From: Cyanophora paradoxa CCMP329
Taxonomy: Eukaryota > Plantae > Glaucophyta
Direction: 5' to 3'
Length of the DNA stretch: 34,706 nt
NCBI GenBank assembly: GCA_004431415.1
Contig: QPMI01000611.1
Span: 1 to 34,706 of the forward strand
The stretch's first letter is position 1. Each line of letters starts with the position of its first letter. The notes beneath the pieces were generated by a model, which was not told the DNA's origin, did not search any database, and was given only the letters and a program-made list of their open reading frames with translations. Positions 24,252 through 34,396 of the stretch are shown here, piece by piece. The position numbers and the translations under genes are program-made.

Positions 24252-24988
24252 ATGCCCCCAAACGCAAAATAGGCATCCCTGCTGGGCTGTTGGTTATTCA
24301 GGCGGTGGTAACAATGGCTCCATTAACACAGACCCGCTTAAATTCAATGGAATGAATGAGATAAAGCCCTCACAACAGCAAGAGGATCCCCTTAATGCCG
24401 CCTATGAGGAATCTTTGATGACAAAGCCCACAGACGTCCACCAGTGATCAGCTCAACATCTCCCTGAAGCTTCTAAAATGAAGGCTGTGGGTGAGGGTGC
24501 CAGGCGAATTATAGGTGCTGCTGATGACAAAGGTCTTGGGCTCCAAGATCTATCACTCACTCGCAAAGGTGAGGGTCTCAGTAAAGAATCAGACAAGGTT
24601 ATCCAGTCTATGGCGGGTGAAGTCACATACAAGACTGCTCCACCCAGAATATTCATCGAGTTCCCAAGGCTCAATGGGACGAAATGACTGCCAAGCTTAA
24701 AGATCTGGAAGCCAAATCAAGTGCCTTAGAGCAATATGTAACTGAGAAGAGAGAGAGATCCAAACTCAAGGAGATGCTAAGAAAGGAGGTGTTCAAATGG
24801 GGATCACTGGGATTCCAGATAAACAGTTTATTGCCAAGAAAGAGAACCAAATTGATGAGCAAGCTGTTGATGAAATGAAAACAAAGACCCAAAAGGGGAC
24901 TATTGAGCCAGGTGCTACAAAGGCTGAGGTGGACAAAGGTGTAGCCCCACAGTGTATAAACGACGGGTTTGGCTTTGAGAAAAAATAA
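24252..24988 (+). CDS. Viral hypothetical Lys/Glu-rich protein (~245 aa, several frameshifts)
   Basis: ATG at 24252 after an AT-rich spacer. Overlapping plus-strand ORFs 24478..24687, 24684..24878 and 24797..24988 form a chain. Confidence 0.5.
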
Positions 24989-25006
24989 ACGTTTTTTCTA
25001 TTATAA

Positions 25007-25237
25007 ATGGATGATACCATCAGTCTGGTTGAGTTCACCGTTGATAGTCCTGTTAGTGAGAGTTATATTAAGAGCGCTGTAGCAAACCAAAAACGATACA
25101 GGGAAGACCCAGAATATAGAGAGTTTAAGAAACAGCAAGCCTTGGCATCATATTATCGCCGAAGGGCACAAAAAGATGTTGTGAGGCCTATAGGGAGGCC
25201 AATTAAACATTATTTGACCACTGAGAGCAGCAACTGA
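25007..25237 (+). CDS. Small basic protein, putative DNA-binding (YREDPEYRE...YYRRR...RPIGRP)
   Basis: Clean ATG-to-stop ORF with AT-rich upstream sequence; resembles ORF 30852..31043. Confidence 0.65.
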   Translation: MDDTISLVEFTVDSPVSESYIKSAVANQKRYREDPEYREFKKQQALASYYRRRAQKDVVRPIGRPIKHYLTTESSN

Positions 25238-25262
25238 GTTATTTTGTCCTGTTACTTGTAAG

Positions 25263-25529
25263 ATGTGGCAATGGCTCCAACAATTGCTGGATATGTTTCA
25301 TATACATGTGACCAGCAATTATAAGTGTAGCTGTTGTGATACTACTATTGACGTCAGCATTGGATCTTCCTCCCCAAGTGGATCCAGGAGTGGGTCTCCC
25401 TATGATGTGGTGCGCTCAACTGAGGGGCAAAGGGTAAGCTTGGAGAGTATTGAAGAGGTGACAGGGGAGCAATTTGCTCAGGCTGTAAGCAGCGCTTGGG
25501 ATGAGTACCAAGGAAACCGTCTACATTAA
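25263..25529 (+). CDS. Viral hypothetical protein (CSCC motif, Ser-rich centre)
   Basis: Clean ORF tightly packed after the previous gene. Confidence 0.55.
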   Translation: MWQWLQQLLDMFHIHVTSNYKCSCCDTTIDVSIGSSSPSGSRSGSPYDVVRSTEGQRVSLESIEEVTGEQFAQAVSSAWDEYQGNRLH

Positions 25530-25534
25530 ACACA

Positions 25535-25771
25535 TTATCTGCCATCAGGGAGGGTATTAATCTCGTTTCCAAGCATGAGGAGATCGTTTGATATTTTTTG
25601 TAAAGCTGCTTTGATATGTGGAGACAGGGGGGCTATTCGATGACCGAGGTTGTACAGTTCTATAGAGACGCGATGTATGGAGTCACTCAATTCAGGGCTT
25701 GGAGACGTCAGCGCCAAATATGAGAGTTCAAAGGAGACCTCTACAAGGCGAGTATGGATGGGAGTTGTCAT
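25535..25771 (-). CDS. Viral hypothetical protein
   Basis: Clean ATG-initiated ORF converging on 25263..25529 with a 5-bp gap. Confidence 0.45.
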   Translation of the reverse strand: MTTPIHTRLVEVSFELSYLALTSPSPELSDSIHRVSIELYNLGHRIAPLSPHIKAALQKISNDLLMLGNEINTLPDGR

Positions 25772-26194
25772 AATAATCTACTTTTAGGCAGCATAAAAAT
25801 GCGAAAGGGGCGGCTCTGCGTAGAGCTTGATGAGAGCTTCACAGGAAAAAAAAGAGCGCTCAAAACGGCCAATCTGGTGCCGAGATATTCGCGTTTGAAG
25901 TTCCTTAAGTGGCTCTAATTGAAAGTTTTAGAAACATTCTTATAGAGCTCTATAAGGAAAAAGCCGCCTACTGCTGTACGGTAGCAGCGGCTGCCTATGC
26001 TGACCGAGGCCGCAACTCTATGCTGCTTAGGCTGCCATACAGTGGCTACTGTTGACCGGTAGGCAGGCGCTGCCTATGCTGTACGGTAGCGCGAGCTCTA
26101 CCGGTAGGCGAGTAGCAGGGCCTACTGTCCTACCGGCGGCGGCCTACCGTCTGCGGAGACACGCGGGCTCGCTACCACGCGGTAGGCTGCATAT

Positions 26195-26840
26195 ATATGT
26201 ATATGATATATATGAAAAAAAAACAAGTTTTGGTAAAAACCACAGCGCCGTGATCGCCATGACGCGGCGAGTCCGAAAAGCTATGATATATATATATGTC
26301 ATGTGACATCATAATATATCATATACATATATCATTATGGTATATACAAGTCGCTCAAATTTAAGTCTTATAAGGTCTTATAAGAGTTGTCTTATAGAAT
26401 TCTTTTCTAAAATCTTATATGGTCTTATAAGATTTAATGTGCGTACTTTAGCTGGTACGCAGCCCACTGTGCGTACCGTAGCTCAGTACGCAGCCCACTG
26501 TGCGTACCGTAGCGCAGTACGCAAGCCACTGTGCGTACCGTAGCGCAGTACGCAGGCCACTGTGCGTACCGTGGCGCAGTACGCAGGCCACTGTGCGTAC
26601 CGTAGCGCAGTACGCAAGCCACTGTGCGTACCGTAGCGCAGTACGCAGGCCACTTTGCGTACCGTGGCTCAGTACGCGCGAACGTACATATGTATATGAT
26701 ATATATATAAAAAAACAAGTTTTGGTGAAAACTACAGCGCCGTGATCGCCATGACGCGGCGATTCCGGAAAGCTATGTTATATATATATGTCATGTGACA
26801 TCATAATATATCATATACATATATCATTATGGTATATACA
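26195..26840. repeat. Pair of ~154-bp direct repeats (26195-26348 and 26688-26840)
   Basis: Both copies contain AAAAACAAGTTTTGGT..CAGCGCCGTGATCGCCATGACGCGGCGA..ATGTCATGTGACATCATAATATATCATATACATATATCATTATGGTATATACA, with only a few differences. Confidence 0.95.
26438..26677. repeat. 31-bp tandem array, 7 units plus a degenerate first unit; consensus GCCACTGTGCGTACCGTAGCGCAGTACGCAR with internal inverted repeat TGCGTAC/GTACGCA
   Basis: The A of CCACT recurs at 26466, 26497, 26528, 26559, 26590, 26621 and 26652. Confidence 0.95.
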
Positions 26841-26899
26841 TATGGTATATGCGAACTGAAAATATTCGTAGCTCGTCACCAGATCATCGTAGGCTATGA

Positions 26900-27536
26900 T
26901 ATTGGGGTCTATAAATATCTACTTTTTACGAGGAATCACGTGATAGGCACGCGGATGATCGTGATGAAGAGGGTATCAGTTAAAAGATTTCATATTCAGG
27001 AAATTAGTACTGCAGGTACCTTTATTCGACAGTTTCAGGATATTTCATCTTCAAGTGAGTTTCCTACCGTCTGTTTCACTGTTTGACTGATGAGTGGATA
27101 AAATCTCTTCTTGTCATTTCTTCATCAATTCGTTCTCAAGTTGTACTCATTTCGCTTTTTCCAGCTCATACATTTGATCCTAACAATTATGGTTCTTTTT
27201 AGTGGGAGGAAGGATGTCTACATTTCAGCTTTCCAGCGAATGTTGTGATAGGCACCCTCCATGCCATAGTTATCACATATGATGTTCTCATATGCCTCAT
27301 CAATCTGCGCAATTCTTTACTTTTCTGGGGTTGATGTCTTGGGGGACTTCCTATACTCATCATAATACTGCTGCCTGACTGCCTCCCACAGTTCAACCAT
27401 GTCCTCAAGGGGGATGTCATCATAGCTGCTATCTGAGTCCATGGTGGTACTGGTGGGCTTATGTAAGACTGTTTGGGGGTTGGGGTGTCAAGAATCAATT
27501 TTTGGTGGGCACTTGGGGGCTTGGGCTCTTCACCAT
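26900..27536 (-). CDS. Probable viral hypothetical protein, heavily frameshifted; 3' end uncertain
   Basis: ATG at 27536 preceded by ACTTAAGGA. Protein-like segments occur in alternating frames (DDIPLEDMVELWEAVRQQYYDEYRKSP; KELRRLMRHMRTSYV). Confidence 0.4.
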
Positions 27537-27577
27537 GCTATATGAAGATGTCCTTAAGTGCTGGTGGCCTACAAGCA

Positions 27578-28250
27578 GGTGGGGTGGATTTTGGGGGGGT
27601 TAGGGGACTCATGGTGAAGTTAGGGGGGGTTTCTGCCAACTGACGTCTTGTTGTTTAGGTTACCATTCTCAGTCTGGAAGGTGGGGTTTAGGGGGGATTA
27701 GGGGGTTGTGGAGTGGGTAGGGGGGTATTCTCTCACAACTCTATATATTTCTGGCTTGTTGCTTAAAAATGAAAAGATTTGGAGGCTATAGGAGTTATAT
27801 ATCCCCCCCTAACCCCCCTAACCCCCCCACATGTATACATTATTACCATTTCTGGTCATAAAACAACCAGAAAGTAAAAAAGATCCCCCAGATCCCCCAA
27901 ACTCTTGAACCCCCCAAAACCTATCATGAGCCCCTAATCCTCCTCCTTTTCCAAGTGGTAGGGATGGAGAGAGGGGGATGGGGGATAGGGGGATGGGGGA
28001 TGGGAAACCCATCCCTTGAACTCGATTAGAAAATTTCAAAAAACAAAAACAAAATTATTTTTCTGAGAAAAGTCCATCCCCTGACTGCTCCCATCCCCCT
28101 ACCATCCCCTGACTGGATATGGTCACAAATCAGCCACCTCCTTCCTTTTTTCCCATCCCCCTACCCATCCCCTCCCATCCCTCCCATCCCCTACCCATCC
28201 CTCAAACCACTCCTTACCAGACAGTCCCATCCCCCTTCCATCCCCCTGAC
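27578..28250. repeat. G-run/C-run region with oppositely oriented short motifs (TTAGGGG vs CCCCTAA; GGGATGG vs CCATCCC) and G-quadruplex potential
   Basis: GGGATGG x4 at 27961-28003; CCATCCC at 28009 and x10 at 28074-28245; G5-AT-G5-ATA-G5-AT-G5-AT-G3 at 27973-28004. Confidence 0.8.
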
Positions 28251-28306
28251 TATTCAAGATATCTCTTTTATAGATAAATGGAAAAATGAGTAGAAGGAGG
28301 GCAGTC

Positions 28307-30748
28307 TTAATCATCTTGAATCAGAATATTCTCTTCCTCTTTGATGCTATCATCATCTTCCAGCTTACATTTCTTGAAGGCAGACATCATATCCTCCATT
28401 TGAAATGATAGTAATTGATGCCTTGGCACTTTTTCACCTCAATAAAGGCTGTATTCCTCATCTCAATATAGAACTTCTTTTGATTCATCTCACACTTGAA
28501 TTTGGCCTTCTCCTGAAACTCTGCCCACCAAGTCCAAGCACTGATCAGATTTTGTGTCTTACATTTCTCCTTGGTGACCTTTCCATTGGCTGTTAGCCAG
28601 TAGGCAAAGTATTCAATAGGTGAAAGTGTTGCCTGTTGAGCAAGGAAATATTTGGCACTCAATGGCCTCTCTTTATCCCAATCCACATTGCTGATGTCCA
28701 CCTGTTTCAGGAACTGACAATCATGTGGATGTTGTCAGTATTGTCAAGCCAAGCATGAAGTGGCTTGAAGTACTCAGCATCTCTTTGGTGTTTTGTGCTG
28801 CTTTCAAAGAAGGCAAATCGCCTATCTCCAGACTCCACTTCACAGGGATATTACTATTTGTTGTAAAAACGAAGTGGACACAATTGGGGCTTGTGTAGCT
28901 GTCAATGCCTTTGTGTTCAATGGTGATCTTATCATTTGTTATATAATCCTTTAGCTTTTCGCTGTACTCATAGTTATCCTTTGCTTTGGCCTCATTCAAT
29001 GTCACCATAATTTTATGCTCTTTGTTGTGTGAGAATCTGGAAAATAGGTCATTCTCTCCATCACATGTGGAGAAGGCCAATTTGTTGCCCAACACCTTTT
29101 TCTCAAAAATGTCCAGCAGTGTATTTTTTCCTGTGCTTGGACACCCATGAAAACCAAGGCAACCCCAATCTTTTCCCCAGGCCTCTGGAGCATATGAGCA
29201 AACCATTTCAAGGCATACTCTGTAGCTTTCTCATTCTCCCCACACATTAAACTCAAATGTTTCAGGAAAGGGCTGATCATCTCATCAGTGATCACATCAG
29301 GAATATCACCACATGGAGCATAATCGATTGCCATTCCCTGATAGAGGTTGAAGACACTGGCTGTTTTACATGGGAGCTTGGCAGGAGGTGGAAGGAACTC
29401 CACAAACTCATATCTGGTACTATCTCCATCCTCTATCCACTTCTTGAAGGTACTCTTATATTTACCATCCCAGCATCATACTGGATGTGTGGGAAAGTCC
29501 TTTCTTCACTTTTTCAATGTCATGAGGAATCCAAGATTTTTCTTTGTCATTCCACATAAACACACACTTTTTATCAGTACAATGGATACACTGGCATCCA
29601 AGTATCGTTTTGTACCTCATATATATCCCTTGCTGGGATTGGATCCAGTTTGTAGTTGACCTTTCCATTTTCTTCCCCTCCTCATCATCCAAGAATAAGA
29701 ATCCTGATACTTGGGGTGCTGAAAACATGACCTTGTAAAGTTCTGGATTATCCTGCTTCAGCCAGGTCCTGAGTGAACCCATTGTGATTTTGCTCCCCTT
29801 TCTCTTGCTGTTCCAGATGCTCTCAAAATCTTTGTCAGCCCCATCTTCATCATACTTGTCCAAGCATTTAGAGCTGAAGTCATGCCACAGTTCTCTGGCC
29901 TGTTTCTTTGGGATTTCCATGTCTTTGCTAACATTACAGATGGCATAGCCAACATTGACCCATGCTTTCTATCATCAGCGCGTTTTCCATCCAACCCATA
30001 ACAGCCTTTCTAAGAATGTCAAAGCCAGATAAGGTGGGTTTGATGCCACTATAGGAGCCTTGAATGGAACAGCCTTGCCCCCTCCTGAATTTGAAGTAGC
30101 TGCGCCCCAGCTTCATAGAACTGGACAAAGTAGTGTTTATAGGGGACTCCTTGAAGGCAGTACATTGCTGGTTTGAAGACCACATCAATATCAACATCAT
30201 GCTTTTGGTCCTTTTGTCAAGCCCAGTATCCTTACAATTGTAGATACAGACAATATTTTGTGTGGAACTGTATGGCTGAGGATCATAATCATCCCTCTAA
30301 CCAGCCCCCAAGAATCAAGTAGTTTGGGATATCTTCATGCTTCATAACCAGATCTGCCAAATAAAATGGGCAGATTGCTTGAATTTAACCTCTCCTGAAT
30401 CAACAAGCTTTACCTTCGATGCCTCACACTAACAGCAATTTTATCCAAGTCAACCCCTGACAAGGCAGCAAGACGTTTGCGCAAATCCAATACAACTTGA
30501 GCAGCTTCTTTTTGGTTGATAGAAGCATCATTCTCGAGAGGGACAAGCCTGTCAAAGTCCAAATAAACCCTGGTCAGCTGTTCAGGGTTAAATGCTCGAC
30601 CCAGTGCTTCCCTTTTGAATGATACAATTAGCCTCATCCCAGCTCATGGAGATGATGCCAGACTTGTCAAAGTTTTGAAGCTGCTTCTTGAAAGTTGCCT
30701 CAGTGGGGCACAAGTAATTTCGGTGGTGGTGAACATGGTGGATGTCAT
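28307..30748 (-). CDS. Primase-polymerase (AEP-like) + PriCT-2 + SF3 helicase fusion, multiply frameshifted
   Basis: RVYLDFD and KQSAH primase motifs. WHDFSSKCLDKYD...W...ITMGSLRTWLKQDNPELY (PriCT-2). WFAHMLQRPGEK, Walker A TGKNT, Walker B-like VTLNEA, LKDYITNDKITIEHKG, FVFTTN, DRRF. Confidence 0.85.
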
Positions 30749-30851
30749 TCTACAGTAGGGTGAGAAAATAATTTGATGATTCTATAAGGGCCCTTGTCCT
30801 TAAGTAGTTTATAGAATCATTAAATAAAACAATCAATTTTTCGCAACCCCC

Positions 30852-31043
30852 TCAATACACCACTGTCCTTGGTCTGCCAACAAGGCACCTCCTTTCATCA
30901 AAGAGGTACCTCACGCAGGGAAGGGGGTCACCTTTGTAGTATCTGCTCCTCAGACTATTAAGCTTCATTCTCTCACGGAAAGCAGGATCTTGAGCACGGC
31001 GACGAGTCACATAGGCAATTTGAGATGCCGCATGGTATGCCAT
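30852..31043 (-). CDS. Small basic protein (RAQDPAFRE...VGRPR), putative DNA-binding
   Basis: Clean ORF with upstream ATTTAAAGA motif; similar to 25007..25237. Confidence 0.6.
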   Translation of the reverse strand: MAYHAASQIAYVTRRRAQDPAFRERMKLNSLRSRYYKGDPLPCVRYLFDERRCLVGRPRTVVY

Positions 31044-31082
31044 TTTAATTCTTGTTCCTCTACACTATAGGTAAGATTTTAT

Positions 31083-31149
31083 TCTTTAAATGCTGATTCT
31101 ATTCGTTTTTTTAGCGCTGCGAATTGTCCACAATATAAACATTTAAAGA
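31083..31149. promoter_or_regulatory. Putative bidirectional promoter: inverted ATTTAAAGA copies (31083-31091 minus, 31141-31149 plus)
   Basis: Each copy lies 38-39 nt upstream of its ATG (31043 and 31188). Related ACTTAARGA precedes other non-structural genes. Confidence 0.55.
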
Positions 31150-31187
31150 TTATTTTCGTACCTATATATAAGTACAACCCCCCAACC

Positions 31188-34100
31188 ATGCCCCGCCCCA
31201 GCCACTACCAAATTAAGGAGCTTCAGGACAAGATTCTCGGGAATCTGGCGTTCCTTCTGGCCAATCACTCCATCAGTGAAAGTGAATATGAATCTTATAT
31301 TAAACAGACCAACAAGAAGCTCAAGGGGCTTCAAGCTCTCAATCGAGAGCTATTAGGGAAAATCGACGCCCTTGATGAGACTGATCGCCTTGGCCACATT
31401 CAAGTCGAACAAACTACCACAACTCAAGTCAGAGGAGATGAATACACTACCTTAATAAATGAACATCGTGCTCTTAATAATAAATACATTGATTTTACCA
31501 TCAGGGCTCACCACCAGATCCTGACCACTCAAGAGTTTATAGACACCTACTCTGAGGAACTCCACACAAGGCTCCAAGATGCCATCAATTCACAGATGTC
31601 GATTAAAACCGCTTTACGTTTGTCTGTCGCTTTTCAAAAGCAAACAATTCGAGAGACTTTATTACCAAGCACATTTACAGCACCTATGCTATCATGACAA
31701 GATCTCGAACCCTCACTAAAGAAACTGCGAATTGGCTAAGGAATGCCAGTCGCAAATTAATGTCACAGACAGCTATAAACTCCAAAGCATTGAGGCTTTG
31801 AGAGTGATTGTTCTGTCCTTTAAACCCATCTCAGGAGGTGCTTTTATCCCACTCCCAGAGTGGCTCAAAAATAAAGAGCCATTGTCAATGTTAATAACAA
31901 GGACAATAGGTGCTTTGAATACTCCATCCTGAGCTATATTCACAAGGACGAAGTAAATAGCCACAAGCGCAATGAGACTTCCCAATACAGGAGGTGGTTC
32001 AAAAAAGAACTAAATTTCGAGGGCATTGAGTTTCCTGTAAAGGCAGATGCTGATACTATTGATCTCTTTGAAAATCTCAATCCAGCAATCTCTGTTAATA
32101 TTTACGACCCCTCTAACTCTACAGAAGAAATTAATCTACTCCACAACAGCTCCTCAAGGAACAGGAAACACCAAGTGGATCTGCTGCTAATTACAGACGA
32201 AAATGGTAACAGTCATTATACCACAATATTCAGCATGTCCAGAGTCTTAGCTAAGAATGATAAGCAGCGACTCCATTTCTGTAAAACCTGTTCCAACCAC
32301 TTCAAGACTGAGGAGAAGCTTCAATCCCACATTCAAAGCAAACGTTGTGTGGATTGGAAGACAAGTGCTGGAGAGACCCCAAACAACCCACATTCATTGA
32401 ATTTGGTCTTAAACATCTCTCAAAGACTGTATTCCTCCCCGTGATTGCCTATTGCTATTTCGATTATGAAACAGATATTTCTGTATGTTCAAGATCAAAT
32501 CAATCTCACTGACAGCTCTCATAATAATAGAGTAGTACTCACTAAAACCCCTCCAACATCTTTGAGCTCCTGAGTACCCTCGACAGCACAGCCCCAGAGC
32601 TATTCAAAGCCCTATTTACCAACATCCAATGTCACTGACCAAAGAGCAGAAACGTACCCATTACCTTGCTAAACCTGCTACATCTGCCAAGGTGATTTCA
32701 CCCAAGACAATTATAAAGTGAGGGATCACGACCACCAAACTGGCGATTTTGTGGGCACAGCATGTCGCAAATGTAATCTCCACAGACGCACCAGCAATCT
32801 CACCAAGATTCCCATAGTGACCAATGATCTGTCCCTATCTGGAACGCAGATATTTCAAGCAGTCGCCTTAAATCCCGAAAAAAGGGTGGAAGTCCTCGCG
32901 AAATCGTTTGACAACTACATGTCGATCACCTGGGGCTGTTTCAAATTCATTGACATCAAAAACTTTATTGATTATGGCGTCCAGAATGTCAATGACCTTC
33001 AAGAAAAGTTCCAGCTTTTCCGCCAGAAAATCACACAAACTTTTGGATGGATGCTGTCCACTATGTCTTCAAGTCCGGGGCTTTCGTGGGACAGCATGCT
33101 ATCGATTACCAAGCCTAAAATCGAGCTCTTTCCAACCTTGATATGTACAACATGGTTGAAGGCATGATCAGGGGAGGCCTTTCGATTATGAATCATAAAT
33201 ATGCCAAAAAGGAAAGGGACAGACACATTATATATTTGGATGCCAATAACCTATATGGATATGCCCTGTCCCAAACGCTACCCCTCTCGAATTTCCAATG
33301 GCACCCAGAACCCTCAAATTACGACCTGTCATCAGCAGAGGGGGCCATCTTAGAAGTTGACATCCATTATCCCCAGCACCTCCATCAACTCCACAAAGAG
33401 CTACCTCTTGTTATCAAGAGAGCAGAGGATGGACTACAAGCAGCCTGCGAAGACATTTGTAATTATGTGGTGTCGAAACCTTTGCTCCAATTCATGGTAG
33501 CGCAAGGCTTAAAGGTCACCAAAATCCACAGGGTGCTAACATTTACTCAGGCTGCCTTTATGAAGCCTTACGTCGAATCCAATGCCCAAAACCGCAAAGC
33601 AGCCCCTTCCAAACCCGAAAAGGACTTCTTTAAGATCATGAACAATAGCCTTTTTTGGCAAAAACCATTGAGAAAGTGAGAGGAAGGTCTAATGTCAAGA
33701 TTGCCACCAACGAAAAGCAATTTATGAAATACGCCAGATCGCCCCTACTCAAAGCAGAAACAAGACTAAGCGATTCAGCAGTAGCCTTCGAAATGCTACA
33801 AAAAGATGTCAAGTTAGATAAGCCCATAGCAATTGGGGCAGTTGTTTTAGATCTTGCCAAGCTGCGCCTATTTGATTATTATTATAACACCATCAAGCGG
33901 AAATGGCCAGACTGTAAACTGCTTTTTACTGATACAGATTCGCTTTGCCTTCAAATAATTCGAAAAACTATAGCAAAAGACCTACAAGACATTGACCACC
34001 CACCCACAGAGCTTGGCAAGTTCAAAGATGATTTGAGGGCAGAACCATTACTGAATATTGCTTGGTGTGAGGCCGAAATGCTACAGCATTAAAACAGATG

Positions 34101-34396
34101 ATGGAGGAAATCAAAAAAGCTGGCAGGTGTTTGTAAGGAGACCATTCAAACAGATCTGTCTTTCCAAGATTATAAAGACCATGTTGCTCCACCAAAAACC
34201 CAAGCAAATCGAAATGACTGTCCAAAAGAAGCTTGAAAATGAGACCTTCAATGTGAAGATGTCAAAGATTGCTTCTAATCCCAATATAGATGTCATCAAA
34301 GATCACACGCAGACAAACAGAGTACGATGTGAGTATATTGCCAATCCCAATCCCTCCAGAGGAAAGAGAGGGGGTCGCAATTTCAGAAAAGAGTGA
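31188..34396 (+). CDS. Protein-primed family B DNA polymerase (Polinton type) with N-terminal extension, OTU-like protease motifs and endonuclease VII-like insert; multiply frameshifted
   Basis: GAFIPLPEWLKNK, DNRCF, LNFEGIEFPV, SHY, VRDHDHQTG..GTACRKCNL, IRGGLS, YLDANNLYGYAL, KIMNNSLF, FTDTDSL, LGKFKD, RPKCYS. Confidence 0.92.

Noticed and set aside
26438-26677. CRISPR array
   Set aside because: Units are contiguous 31-bp repeats without unique spacers, and no cas-like genes are visible.
26052-26745. ORFs 26052..26306, 26337..26543, 26434..26718, 26500..26745
   Set aside because: They are translations of the repeat array and AT-rich repeats, with no independent coding signal.
27598-27830. 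Telomere or chromosome end
   Set aside because: TTAGGG-like motifs are few, irregular, in both orientations and internal.
27818-28314. ORFs 27818..28039 and 28123..28314
   Set aside because: Low-complexity translations of G/C runs.
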